This document shows positions 1-9,589 of a stretch of DNA of 41,378 bases, in pieces. The notes below the pieces were generated by a model. The model was given only the letters and a program-made list of their open reading frames with translations. It was not told the origin of the DNA and did no database searches. Each line of letters opens with the position of its first letter. Position 1 is the stretch's first letter. This DNA comes from a virus (taxonomy: Duplodnaviria > Caudoviricetes), in the IMG/VR virus record IMGVR_UViG_3300031628_000009, positions 1 through 41,378 of that record; one strand, 5' to 3'. Position numbers and translations under genes: made by a program.

Positions 1-155
1 AAGAATATACAAGTTTCGCAATCTCTTTTCTTTGCGTCTTCTATAAACCAATCAACGAAATCTAAGCAATCTTCATTGTGCTGTTTTGCGTTGTTCTTCA
101 GACCCCAATGGATATCTGTGAAACAAGCGGCCTTTTTGAATAAGTTTTTAGTCAT
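1..155 (-). CDS. gp47: Recombination endonuclease subunit, T4 gp47/SbcD/Mre11-like metallophosphoesterase (N-terminal part, runs off the window)
   Basis: Not in the ORF track. Manual translation from ATG at 155 gives MTKNLFKKAACFTDIHWGLKNNAKQHNEDCLDFVDWFIEDAKKRDCETCIF, with the DxHxG metallophosphoesterase motif I. The start overlaps the gp55 stop (ATGACTAA), and gp47 downstream of gp55 is the T4-like order. Confidence 0.85.
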   Translation of the reverse strand, partial: MTKNLFKKAACFTDIHWGLKNNAKQHNEDCLDFVDWFIEDAKKRDCETCIF

Positions 156-1017
156 TATCGGCATAAATCTCTTTAATGGTTTCTGTTGGGATAGCATCGT
201 CTGTAATTTTTGTTTTGACGACTTTCTGCCAACGCTCCTGAGATTTCATTTCGTGTGCCAGTTGTCTTGTCCAACTTGGCGCCTGGCCTGCTTTTTCGAG
301 CAAGTCATCACGTATGCCTTGATTTTTCTTTTCTATGTTAAGTACACGAGTGAATGAATTGTTTACTACCGTTGTGTAGTAAGCAAAGGGATTATCACTC
401 TTGTCTTCGTTAAATTGTAATCCAATCTGTGCTAATTGTAGCAATGCTTGTCCACGCATTTCATCAATATATGTATAACCACGCCAGTTAGACCTTTGTG
501 AATATCGTTCTACTAACTTGATATACATCGTTGCCAAAATAGCAGTAATCTTACCAGAAGACAAATCAAATTCTTTATCTTTGTTGTAATGTGAGATTCC
601 AACTTCGTTAAGTTTTCCATCTACAAACGTATAGTGTGTAAATGCTGGGAATGGTAATTTTACTTTGTGGTCTGCTACTGTTTTTGGATTTGCTTTTCTA
701 CCTGGTTCGTCTGGTATATGGTCAAATCCCATTATACGAAATACAATTTCGTCTTCAGTGAAGGAATTAGGGTCGATTTCAAAGTCTACCTGTTTCTTTT
801 TCTTATCATCATTCGCATCCCAAGCCAATTTTTGTAAGCGTTTTGCTTTGTTTTGTCTTGCTTGTTCTACAGCACCAGCAATATCATCAGTTGAATATAA
901 GATAATTTCATGCTGATGATGTTGGTCTCTATCCTCAAACCAAGAATAGTTTGACTTAGAGATATGAATTTGCTTAAGCATATCTTTATTGTTTAAGTAG
1001 TTTACACGTCTTGCCAT
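148..1017 (-). CDS. gp55: Late-transcription sigma factor, T4 gp55-like, with a large internal insertion
   Basis: N-terminal NYLNNKDML, then LVERYSQRSNWRGYTYIDEM and FNEDKSDNPFAYYTTVVNNSFTRVLNIEKK, matching gp55 conserved blocks. AGGAG RBS upstream. Confidence 0.85.
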   Translation of the reverse strand: MARRVNYLNNKDMLKQIHISKSNYSWFEDRDQHHQHEIILYSTDDIAGAVEQARQNKAKRLQKLAWDANDDKKKKQVDFEIDPNSFTEDEIVFRIMGFDHIPDEPGRKANPKTVADHKVKLPFPAFTHYTFVDGKLNEVGISHYNKDKEFDLSSGKITAILATMYIKLVERYSQRSNWRGYTYIDEMRGQALLQLAQIGLQFNEDKSDNPFAYYTTVVNNSFTRVLNIEKKNQGIRDDLLEKAGQAPSWTRQLAHEMKSQERWQKVVKTKITDDAIPTETIKEIYADND

Positions 1018-1043
1018 AGTATATTTCTCCTAATTTAATACCA

Positions 1044-1073
1044 ATTATAACATAGTTTATAGACCAATGTCAA
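1044..1073 (-). promoter_or_regulatory. sigma70-type promoter for gp55-gp47
   Basis: Minus strand TTGACA (1073-1068), 18-nt spacer, TATAAT (1049-1044), preceded by TGn (extended -10). Confidence 0.75.
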
Positions 1074-1134
1074 GTGGTAAAATGCTATATATAGTAAAAA
1101 TCTTCAGGTCCGAAAACTTCGCATATAATAGAAC

Positions 1135-1143
1135 GATAAATAC
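1135..1143 (+). promoter_or_regulatory. T4-like late promoter (GATAAATAC)
   Basis: One mismatch to T4 TATAAATA, intergenic, 27 nt before the first baseplate gene. The same 9-mer recurs at 9179, and the cognate gp55 is adjacent. Confidence 0.7.
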
Positions 1144-1170
1144 TGTTATAATAGTTTAGGAGTAAAAGTT

Positions 1171-1788
1171 ATGGCAACCCCATATTATACAAAACAACCA
1201 GTATATTTAGAAGACCCTAGTGGTAGATTTAGTAATATCTTGACAAATGAGTATGAAGGTCCAAGAAACCAATACGCAAAAGCACTCACAAGGCTTAACT
1301 TTCCTTTTACTCCTACGATATCAGTAATTCAGAGTGCAAATTATAGTTCATATGACTTAACTCACAGTAACTTTCAACAACGTGCATTTGACAGTCACGC
1401 TAATATGGACCTAAACATAACAGCGCCAATGATTGTAAGAAGTGAAGAAGAAGCATTGTATGTTTATAATGCGGCAGTGTGGATTAGAAGTACAATGAAA
1501 ATGCAATGGGCAAATGATACAGATCCTGGCATGCCACCGCCAATACTTCGCTTCAATTCACATGGAATATATAAAAATATTCCTTGTGTTGTTCGTGACT
1601 TTACGTGGAACTTAGACTCTGATATAGATTATATAGAAATAGAGACTGCTGGTGGAGACATTAGAGTTCCAGTTATGAATATGTTTGTCATGTCCCTATC
1701 TGTTACCTACTCTCCGAAAGATGTACGAGAAAACTTTAGTGTCAAAGATTATCTAACAGGAAAAATAAGGAATAAAGGTTATGTATAA
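1171..1788 (+). CDS. Baseplate/tail-tube initiator or cap-like protein (gp48/gp54 or CIS tube-like)
   Basis: FPFTPTI...YDLTHSNF and PGMPPPILRF...IPCVVRDFTWNL motifs typical of tube-fold baseplate proteins. Lies directly before gp53. AGGAG RBS. Confidence 0.6.
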   Translation: MATPYYTKQPVYLEDPSGRFSNILTNEYEGPRNQYAKALTRLNFPFTPTISVIQSANYSSYDLTHSNFQQRAFDSHANMDLNITAPMIVRSEEEALYVYNAAVWIRSTMKMQWANDTDPGMPPPILRFNSHGIYKNIPCVVRDFTWNLDSDIDYIEIETAGGDIRVPVMNMFVMSLSVTYSPKDVRENFSVKDYLTGKIRNKGYV

Positions 1789-2071
1789 AGAAAACTCTCC
1801 TTGGAGCAAAACTTCAATAATCGATAATACGATATTAGATATAATTAGTAAGAGAACTATATTTGCTGACCCATTTGATGAAGAATACACTATACCGCAA
1901 GAATTTGACGAACGTCCAGATTTGTGCAGTTACCAACACTATGGCACTGCAAAATATTGGTGGATATATGCTGCCAGAAATGCAAATCTAATAGTAGACC
2001 CTATTAGAGATTTTTCTGCAGGCAAAATCATCAAAGTTCCGAGTTTAGATAACATTAGTAACATGGTGTAA
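1781..2071 (+). CDS. gp53: Baseplate wedge protein, gp53/LysM-like
   Basis: ERPDLCSYQHYGTAKYWWIYAARN...DPIRDFSAGKIIKVP matches the gp53/tail-X LysM-like pattern. Confidence 0.8.
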   Translation: MYKENSPWSKTSIIDNTILDIISKRTIFADPFDEEYTIPQEFDERPDLCSYQHYGTAKYWWIYAARNANLIVDPIRDFSAGKIIKVPSLDNISNMV

Positions 2072-2074
2072 ACA

Positions 2075-5000
2075 ATGATAGGTACAAACATTAGTAACTT
2101 ACGAGATTTAATGAATCAACACGAGGCTGACGGAGAGTTCATAGTAAATCCGTTAGATGCTCTTGAAACATATACCTATACGCTAGAATGGTTTATAGTT
2201 GATAGAACAGGTACCCGACAATTTCAGATACAAGAGGCATTTGATGCAACAACTATTGCAACAGATTCTTGGCCAAAACCTGATACTAATTATGTAGTAC
2301 TAGCAAAAACAGGATACACAACTGAATTTAACGTTACGGATTTAACAGTAGAGTCTGTTGGTGTGGGAAATTCGAACTATAGTAAAATTGCTGGAACGGC
2401 AGACAAACTAGATTTCACAGTTACGCAAGTAGGAAATACAAGTCTAGCAGATACCCTACAAAATGCAGTATCACTATGTGGATATACTTCTATTTCAGAT
2501 GCATCGTACTTTATAAAAATTAATTTTATTGGAAGTCAAGATTCAAAAACAACAAAATTATCACAGACAAAAGTATTGCCATTTAAAATTAGAGACTATC
2601 AGAATCTAAGTACTAGCACAGATGCCAGGGGAACAACTACAGTAATAACAGGACAAGTTCCAGCCGATGTGGTGGTGATGAATGCCGCGGTAGCAACTAC
2701 TGAGTACGGTTTTGAATACGACACGGGAGCCACATTAACAACTGCGTTAGATAACTTTTTTTCTAGTCTAAACGAATCAATTGCAATGAACAACCAAGAA
2801 TTGCCTGCATCATTAAAACATTATTATTATTATAGATTCTCTCCGCAGTTTAAAGAATGGGCAGGTTCTAGCAATATGACTGGACCTAATACGGATGTCA
2901 AGAAGAGTATGGTTAAAGAAGGCAAAAATAATGCGATAAAAATTGGTGATACTTTGCCTGGACAACATATATATGCTACGCTAGAAGAGATATGTTCTAT
3001 ATCAGACACGGTAAGAGATGCACTACTAGAAGACACTGCCACATATACTAATGTATTGGCTATCACTCCATACGCCGCAATAAAAGAAAATGGATATAAC
3101 CCAGTAAAGGGAACACAATCATACCAAGTTGAATATTATATAGACTTCACTAAAAAACTCGTTGAACAGAACATGCCTGATTATTTTATGAAAGTGAAGA
3201 ACAGTAAGGCACTTACTAAAGAAATATTTGATGATGGCCATGTCCGTAAAAAATATCATTATCTATTTACCGGTAAAAACGACCAGATATTGGATTTCAA
3301 TATCTCATTAGATGCGGAGTTAACAAAAGTATTTACAACTCCAAATGAATCTTGGACATACGATGCGTTTAAACAAAAAACAGAATTGGGAGCGAAAGTA
3401 ACAGTAGAACATCAGGCGCTAATTGACTTAGCAAGAGCAGATTTCGAAGTGGCATCTGCCGTAGTTACTAAACAAGAGGATGTAGTTAAAGACTTAGTAG
3501 CCGAACGAAAAGTAGTTGTAGATGAGTATAAGCAAAAGATATTAGCCGAATTAGGTGAAATGGATGAATATAAGAATGTAGAAAATCTAAAAGAGATAAT
3601 CAACAACTCATCATGGCAAGAGATAATGGATGACCTGTCAATTACTGAACCGGATCCAAAGCATGGCATATTCTCTAAAAAGATAGGCAGAAAAGTAAAT
3701 GGATATAATGTATATAATGCTTGGAAGAATGTTCAGAAGTTAGATAAATTAATTGCAACCGCACAAAAAACTCTCGATAAGTCCCAAACATCGCTAGATG
3801 ATTTAGTTAGTGATAACGCTACGCTCTACAGCGATATAATTGCCGCAGGAATCATTAATAGTCCAGAGTTCAAATATCAAGATTTTGCAACTCCAGTATT
3901 TGAAAACTTACGAAAAAACAATCCTGAGAAAAATAAAAATATAATATTGGCAGAAGAACTGGGAAGCGACTTTATGAGTTCGCTATCTAATAGTGACTTT
4001 GCAACTATACTACGGGCACAACAACAAAATCCTATTACATTCCAACGATTAGTAACAAAAGTAGATAAAGGTGGAATTAGCACACAGAGTTCACAAACAG
4101 TTAAAGACCTCGCCACCGCCAAAGAAAAATACTACGAAGCAAAGGCTGGAAAATTGAGTATGATTCTTGCATCTATGACTATTAAGGGTGACCCATATTG
4201 GATTGAAGGCCACGAACCGCCATCCGCTAAAAAAGCCAAATTCGGAAACAAAGGAAGTGATAGAATAGCACTAAACACTATGACTAAAATAAATGGATTT
4301 CCACATCTAATATTAGAATCTGGAAAAGCAACAGGGACAGATATCAATGATAATATTATAACAGCAAATATGATACTGAGTCTGTACGCAGTAAAATCAA
4401 TAACAAGTAATTTTCAAAATGGATTATTTACACAGACATTATCTATGGTAAAAAACCCATCAGCAGAGTTCTTTCCTGATGATGAGGTGATGGAAACAAC
4501 ACAAGAACATACAATAAATCCTAACGAAGATACGGGTGGCAATGACAGCACTTATACAACATCATCTGGTCCTGATGACGGAACTAGAGATGATGATGAA
4601 AGTGTTTATGGCCCTAATGGCACTAATCAACCATTCATGGCGTTAGGCGAGCAAGTAGTAGATTTTCTTTTATCGCCGCTTAACAGCACACTTGATGAGA
4701 AAATGGAAGGAGCAATCACGCACTCTGAAAATATAGACCAAGATACAAAAGACACTCTTGCCGTGAGTGCATTAAATCCAACTGGCGATTTGGGTAAACA
4801 TCAGGCGCCTCTACTAGATAACATGGTTCGAAGAAACAATGCTCTTTTTTACCTTGAAAACACAAAAGAATTGCGAGATGCATGTGCTACTGGCAAATCG
4901 CCAAGTAGTTGCGCCCAAGTAATAGAATCAGAAAACAGTCTACTTGCAACTCTTGGACTCAGTCCAGATGACAAAGGCAAAGCATCTACCGTGACAGCAG

Positions 5001-6631
5001 TCAATGATTATTTCAACGGTGTTATTGCTAACCCTGCCACTGAGACTGACTTTGTTTTGTCAGAACAAGAAGTGGCGGCATATCAAATTGCTGTAGGTGG
5101 AGAATTAAACATTACAGGACATGATCCTGCTGATATCAATAAGATAGTAAAAAAAGCGACTGGAAGTAATTCTGCAAATATTATCGTAGACCAGATTGAG
5201 GCTGGAACATATTACAGCAAGGGGGCTATACTAGCAGGCGCAATAGTTGAAAATAGTATACTAGCAGAAACTACGCCATTACTTAATGAAGTCATAGTAG
5301 AAGAAAGAATAAATGTACCGGAATATACTTGGGAAGAACAAATGTATAAGGACCAAATTAACTATCCAAATTCAAATAATGATTGGAAGAATACTCATTG
5401 GTTTAAGGCACAAGTTGACGAAATAGTAACCGAAGAAAGAGTATTTAATCCTGAAACAAGAAGACTAGAAATTGTAAAAATTCCAGCAGATACGTTAACA
5501 GTATCAGAAGCGGCTGATATTGAAATCTTAAGTCAAGGAATTGATGGCATTATTAAAGGCACTGTAGATTCGTTCCCGACAACGTGGCCTATGGATAGAA
5601 CTGGAGCAGTATTAAAAAGCAAACAACAAGAATGGTTTGATAATAGTGCAAAGAATTTAGACAAAAGACTTAAAGAAGCGGGCGTTACCGTAACCGAAGC
5701 AGAAAGAACCGAAATGTTAGAAGCAATTTCAGAAAAGATTAGTAAGGCACACCAAGTAGAAAATCTCTCAGCATCAGAATTTACAACTGTTGAAGGTTAC
5801 GCAAACGCAATCAATGTTATCAGTAGTGACTCAGTTAGTAGAAATCAGTTAAAAAAGGCAGTTATAGTAAAGAAGAATTCAAAAAAGTTAGACATATTAG
5901 TAACAGATGCTGATACACTAAAAACAAAACTTGACGGTTATTATCCTGATTCTACAGTAATAACATCTGATAAAGCAAAATTACAAGAAGTCGAACTACA
6001 AATAGCAGAGGTATCTCTTGGTTTGCCAGATGAAGTGATATCCGCAGTGAGGACGATAACTACGGGTTCGAAACAAGAACTTGTTCAAGCCAAAATTCCA
6101 GTTTCACAGATTGCAGTAGCAAGTCAACCAGTTATAGTTAAAACCGCGGCACTTAATACACTTAACGTTATTCTTCCCTCTCGTAGAGCAAGTGACTTAC
6201 CAACTTTAAATGTTACGACATCAGAGGCGCAACAGTACGATGAAGCACAAAAAATATATAGATTAATTGTAAGTACAGATTATGGACAAATGATAGAAGT
6301 GAAAGATGATTATTCTAACGCAAATATATTGGTAAAAGATTTTAATAAGATTGGACCGATAACATACACAGATGTTAATGGAACTACACAAAAAATTGGA
6401 GACCCTAGTGCTTTCTTTGGTTTATACACAAACACATATGACGATTCAAATCCCGGAGGTGGTGATGACTATACCTATTTGAGAGAAAAAATTGCAAAGT
6501 TTTTCCCTGCTATCGAAGTTGGTCCGCAGTCAAAACAGGGTGCGATTTGGAAGACCACCGGTATTACAAGAATGATAAAAATTAATCATGACGTATTTTA
6601 TATAGATAAATCAAGTAGCGGAGAAATTTAA
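2075..6631 (+). CDS. Large baseplate hub-like protein (gp27/gpD-like N-terminal half, unknown C-terminal half)
   Basis: 1518 aa between gp53 and the spike gene. Hub-type motifs MTIKGDPYWI and LYAVKSITSNFQNGLFTQTLSM, followed by an acidic linker and about 670 aa I cannot assign. Confidence 0.55.
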   Translation: MIGTNISNLRDLMNQHEADGEFIVNPLDALETYTYTLEWFIVDRTGTRQFQIQEAFDATTIATDSWPKPDTNYVVLAKTGYTTEFNVTDLTVESVGVGNSNYSKIAGTADKLDFTVTQVGNTSLADTLQNAVSLCGYTSISDASYFIKINFIGSQDSKTTKLSQTKVLPFKIRDYQNLSTSTDARGTTTVITGQVPADVVVMNAAVATTEYGFEYDTGATLTTALDNFFSSLNESIAMNNQELPASLKHYYYYRFSPQFKEWAGSSNMTGPNTDVKKSMVKEGKNNAIKIGDTLPGQHIYATLEEICSISDTVRDALLEDTATYTNVLAITPYAAIKENGYNPVKGTQSYQVEYYIDFTKKLVEQNMPDYFMKVKNSKALTKEIFDDGHVRKKYHYLFTGKNDQILDFNISLDAELTKVFTTPNESWTYDAFKQKTELGAKVTVEHQALIDLARADFEVASAVVTKQEDVVKDLVAERKVVVDEYKQKILAELGEMDEYKNVENLKEIINNSSWQEIMDDLSITEPDPKHGIFSKKIGRKVNGYNVYNAWKNVQKLDKLIATAQKTLDKSQTSLDDLVSDNATLYSDIIAAGIINSPEFKYQDFATPVFENLRKNNPEKNKNIILAEELGSDFMSSLSNSDFATILRAQQQNPITFQRLVTKVDKGGISTQSSQTVKDLATAKEKYYEAKAGKLSMILASMTIKGDPYWIEGHEPPSAKKAKFGNKGSDRIALNTMTKINGFPHLILESGKATGTDINDNIITANMILSLYAVKSITSNFQNGLFTQTLSMVKNPSAEFFPDDEVMETTQEHTINPNEDTGGNDSTYTTSSGPDDGTRDDDESVYGPNGTNQPFMALGEQVVDFLLSPLNSTLDEKMEGAITHSENIDQDTKDTLAVSALNPTGDLGKHQAPLLDNMVRRNNALFYLENTKELRDACATGKSPSSCAQVIESENSLLATLGLSPDDKGKASTVTAVNDYFNGVIANPATETDFVLSEQEVAAYQIAVGGELNITGHDPADINKIVKKATGSNSANIIVDQIEAGTYYSKGAILAGAIVENSILAETTPLLNEVIVEERINVPEYTWEEQMYKDQINYPNSNNDWKNTHWFKAQVDEIVTEERVFNPETRRLEIVKIPADTLTVSEAADIEILSQGIDGIIKGTVDSFPTTWPMDRTGAVLKSKQQEWFDNSAKNLDKRLKEAGVTVTEAERTEMLEAISEKISKAHQVENLSASEFTTVEGYANAINVISSDSVSRNQLKKAVIVKKNSKKLDILVTDADTLKTKLDGYYPDSTVITSDKAKLQEVELQIAEVSLGLPDEVISAVRTITTGSKQELVQAKIPVSQIAVASQPVIVKTAALNTLNVILPSRRASDLPTLNVTTSEAQQYDEAQKIYRLIVSTDYGQMIEVKDDYSNANILVKDFNKIGPITYTDVNGTTQKIGDPSAFFGLYTNTYDDSNPGGGDDYTYLREKIAKFFPAIEVGPQSKQGAIWKTTGITRMIKINHDVFYIDKSSSGEI

Positions 6632-6633
6632 TT

Positions 6634-7860
6634 ATGGCTGACAATAAAATAAAAAAGACGGTTGATGCACAATATGCCCATGAAGCCAGTCCTCTTATTG
6701 CTAAGTTAAATAATATATACAAAGCGATAACGATTACTAAAAGTTCAAAGGGTATTCCACATATTGACCCAACTGGACAAGGAAGGATTGCCGCGTATAT
6801 TCCAGCATTAAATCAGAGTCCGGAGAAACCAACATATTTCAAACATGCAAAAACGGGGTCTATGTTTAATGTTCCAGATGAAACTGGCATTGTAATTCTT
6901 GTATTCTTTGCAGACCACGCCTCAACAGTTGATGCCTTTTGGTTTGCAACATCATCAGAGTCAGTAGATATAGTTGCTGGTGGCGTTAAAGGAAACCCAC
7001 ATATTGATGGCAGTGGAATAGGTGAAGGTGCATTTGAAGGTGTTGCTGTGCAGAAAGTTGTTTTAGGTCCAGAAGATGCAGAAAAGAATGGAGAAGAACT
7101 GCCAAACTCACCAAATAATAAAGTACTAGGAGACCAAGGAACGTTTAGTGACGATTTACGAGGTCCAACATCTGCGAGCCCTCGAAGAGATGCGGCATAC
7201 GCAACTCCACAACATAGCAAAGTTACTGGACTGAAAACATCGGCTGGCTCATCGATATCAATTGATGATGGCAGTGTTGATGATACAGGCGAACTTCATC
7301 CTGAGCAAATAAGAATAACAACATCTTCGGGTGCTAGTATTATGTTAGATGGTGGTAATGATTTTATTCATATTATTAATAGTAGTGGCACTGGATGGAT
7401 AGAGGTTGGAGCAAGTGGCGAAGTCATGGTCTACGCAGAGGGGTCACTAAATATGAGAACTCAGAAAGACTTTAACTTACGTGCAGATAAAAATATTAAT
7501 TTAGAAGCGGGCGAAAATATAAACATACATAGTTTCGGCACCACAAAAATTAATACCGACCAAGAATTACATTTCAGAAGTCAAGGTAACCAATTCTTGC
7601 AGAGTGAGTCTGGAATGAATATTAACGTTGGGGTAAATTGTATAGTAACGACTGGTAGTCTATTGCATTTAAATGGACCATTAGCACCAATATCAGAACT
7701 TATTCTAACTAGTGATATGCCAGATATAGAAGAATTAGAATGTACAACACTTAAAAAAACAATTGTGTCTGAACTACCAACACATGAGCCATTCATTAGA
7801 CCACATTCTACAAAACTAACAACGAGTGTTTTTGCTCAGTCAAAAGCAAAGGGTACATAA
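6634..7860 (+). CDS. Baseplate central spike, gp5/VgrG/gpV-like
   Basis: DPTGQGRIAAYIP OB-fold motif, then beta-strand repeats (SLNMRTQKDFNLRADKNINLEAGENINIHS) and C-terminal LHLNGP...PTHEPFIRPH. Confidence 0.75.
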   Translation: MADNKIKKTVDAQYAHEASPLIAKLNNIYKAITITKSSKGIPHIDPTGQGRIAAYIPALNQSPEKPTYFKHAKTGSMFNVPDETGIVILVFFADHASTVDAFWFATSSESVDIVAGGVKGNPHIDGSGIGEGAFEGVAVQKVVLGPEDAEKNGEELPNSPNNKVLGDQGTFSDDLRGPTSASPRRDAAYATPQHSKVTGLKTSAGSSISIDDGSVDDTGELHPEQIRITTSSGASIMLDGGNDFIHIINSSGTGWIEVGASGEVMVYAEGSLNMRTQKDFNLRADKNINLEAGENINIHSFGTTKINTDQELHFRSQGNQFLQSESGMNINVGVNCIVTTGSLLHLNGPLAPISELILTSDMPDIEELECTTLKKTIVSELPTHEPFIRPHSTKLTTSVFAQSKAKGT

Positions 7861-7862
7861 TT

Positions 7863-8495
7863 ATGATATATGATAAACGACCAGGCTCATTACTAAATTA
7901 TATTCAAATGCCATTAAATGTTATAACAGACCATGGCACGTTTTTAGGAACAGGATACCATGAAAATGGTAATCCAAATTATCTTCTTTGTCACACGAGA
8001 GTTGACCTGAATGATGTGAAAAATTTAACATTTTCGTCAGTGAGCAAAGACGCCATCATATTGGATAATAAGCCGATGCTTACGATTGTTGATAATGTCG
8101 TTGGTTATAACTATAAAATTTCAGACACTGAGATAGACTATGGATATATTACTGTTGCATCTACCCGAATAGATATATCATCGAAAAAAATAACAAAAGG
8201 TGCGGCAGTATTTATCTTAGAGAAGCAATTAAGAAACATTGGAAACGTACTAGAGAAGTTTATCACAGTGAAGATTTCACAACCACATTATGATGCGTTA
8301 TTGTACCACTTTTTTGCCGAAGGTGTTAGTACTATAGAAAAGAGTCCAATCACAAAACTTATAAATGCAAAAGACTGGTACTCAGTAACAGACGAAATTC
8401 AAAGTAATATAAAGAAAAATGGCAAAGTTGATTCTATGTTGGCCCAACAAAAAATCAAAACTGCCAAGATGTTCAGTTATGTACCTGGATTCTAA
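7863..8495 (+). CDS. Lysozyme-fold (GH24-like) protein, apparently degenerate
   Basis: C-terminal [16 protein letters not shown]...[20 protein letters not shown]...[21 protein letters not shown] parallels the GH24 C-lobe. No clear E-x8-D-x5-T triad. Directly follows the spike gene. Confidence 0.55.
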   Translation: MIYDKRPGSLLNYIQMPLNVITDHGTFLGTGYHENGNPNYLLCHTRVDLNDVKNLTFSSVSKDAIILDNKPMLTIVDNVVGYNYKISDTEIDYGYITVASTRIDISSKKITKGAAVFILEKQLRNIGNVLEKFITVKISQPHYDALLYHFFAEGVSTIEKSPITKLINAKDWYSVTDEIQSNIKKNGKVDSMLAQQKIKTAKMFSYVPGF

Positions 8496-9082
8496 CGCTT
8501 ATCTATAACTTTATCTGCTAACCCATACGCAACAGTTTCTTCTGCTGACATGAAGTTATCTCGCTCCATTGCTTCAGTTAATTCATCAAATGTTTTTCCA
8601 GCAGAATTATGATTCACATAGATTTGAGTCAATCTTTCTTTCAGTTTCATTATTTCATCAACTTGAATCTTCATATCAGTAGCCTGTCCGCCAGCACCAC
8701 CACTAGGTTGATGTATCATTGTACGAGCATTTGGTAGTACATGCCTCTTACCTTCAGCGCCCGCTTGTGCAAGTAATGAACCCATGCTACATGCTTGTCC
8801 CATTACTGTAGTAGCAACAGGCGAACTTATAAACTGCATGGTATCATATATTGCCATTCCAGATGTAACAGCACCACCAGGAGAATTGATATAAAAATGT
8901 ATATCTTTGTCTGAATTCTCTGCTTCTAAGAACAATAACTGGGCACAAATCAAATCTGCTTGGTAATCATTCACTTCACTAGTCAGAAATATAACTCTTT
9001 CTTTTAATAAACGAGAGAAAATATCGTAACTGCGTTCTCCATTTGCTGACTGGTCAACGACCATTGGTACTAAATTTGGCAT
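8492..9082 (-). CDS. clpP: ATP-dependent Clp protease proteolytic subunit
   Basis: [23 protein letters not shown] and YINSPGG blocks, catalytic Ser (GQACSMGS), His (MIHQP) and Asp (ERDNFM). Full length and host-like. Confidence 0.97.
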   Translation of the reverse strand: MPNLVPMVVDQSANGERSYDIFSRLLKERVIFLTSEVNDYQADLICAQLLFLEAENSDKDIHFYINSPGGAVTSGMAIYDTMQFISSPVATTVMGQACSMGSLLAQAGAEGKRHVLPNARTMIHQPSGGAGGQATDMKIQVDEIMKLKERLTQIYVNHNSAGKTFDELTEAMERDNFMSAEETVAYGLADKVIDKR

Positions 9083-9124
9083 AATTTGTTATCCTTGTTG
9101 TGATTATTACTATTATTTAGTACT

Positions 9125-9153
9125 ATAATAACAGAATTGCATCCATTTGTCAA
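9125..9153 (-). promoter_or_regulatory. sigma70-type promoter for clpP
   Basis: Minus strand TTGACA (9153-9148), 17-nt spacer, TATTAT (9130-9125) with extended -10 TGn. Confidence 0.7.
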
Positions 9154-9178
9154 TCAAAAACTGCGAAGTTTATGTAGA

Positions 9179-9187
9179 GATAAATAC
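9179..9187 (+). promoter_or_regulatory. T4-like late promoter (GATAAATAC)
   Basis: Identical to 1135-1143. Intergenic, just upstream of gp25, where transcription must restart after the antisense clpP. Confidence 0.7.
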
Positions 9188-9219
9188 ATGTAACATAAAC
9201 TACAGAGAAAATAATAGAT

Positions 9220-9576
9220 ATGCCAACATTCGCAGGGTTCAGTACCAAAAATTTAAAAGCAATAAATCACGAGTTACATGATAAAGACTTGGTGATTGAA
9301 GACCTTATGAATCATATCATGACTCGTAGGGGTGAACGTGTGATGTTGCCTACTTATGGGTCAATTATACACGAAATGATGTTTGAGCCACTAACTGCTG
9401 AAACTACTGAGTTAATTAAAGAAGATTTAACGAATATTATAAACGATGACCCAAGATGTACCTTTGTTAGTGTAGAAGTTACAGACTCGGACCATACAAT
9501 AAACGCTATGTTGAGACTTGCAATTCTGCCTACAAATGAGCCAGTAGAATTAAGTATCGATTTAGACAGAGAATAA
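9220..9576 (+). CDS. gp25: Baseplate wedge subunit gp25/GPW-like
   Basis: DLMNHIMTRRGERVMLPTYGSIIHEMMFEP...IINDDPR is the classic gp25 signature. Confidence 0.9.
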   Translation: MPTFAGFSTKNLKAINHELHDKDLVIEDLMNHIMTRRGERVMLPTYGSIIHEMMFEPLTAETTELIKEDLTNIINDDPRCTFVSVEVTDSDHTINAMLRLAILPTNEPVELSIDLDRE

Positions 9577-9589
9577 TAGAGAGACCATT

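Noticed and set aside
76-357. 93-aa plus-strand ORF
   Set aside because: Antisense to the well-supported gp55 and gp47 genes.
9158-9171. AAACT-GCGA-AGTTT hairpin as a terminator
   Set aside because: Weak 5-bp stem lying between two divergent promoters where no transcript is expected to end; treated as a possible DNA element instead.
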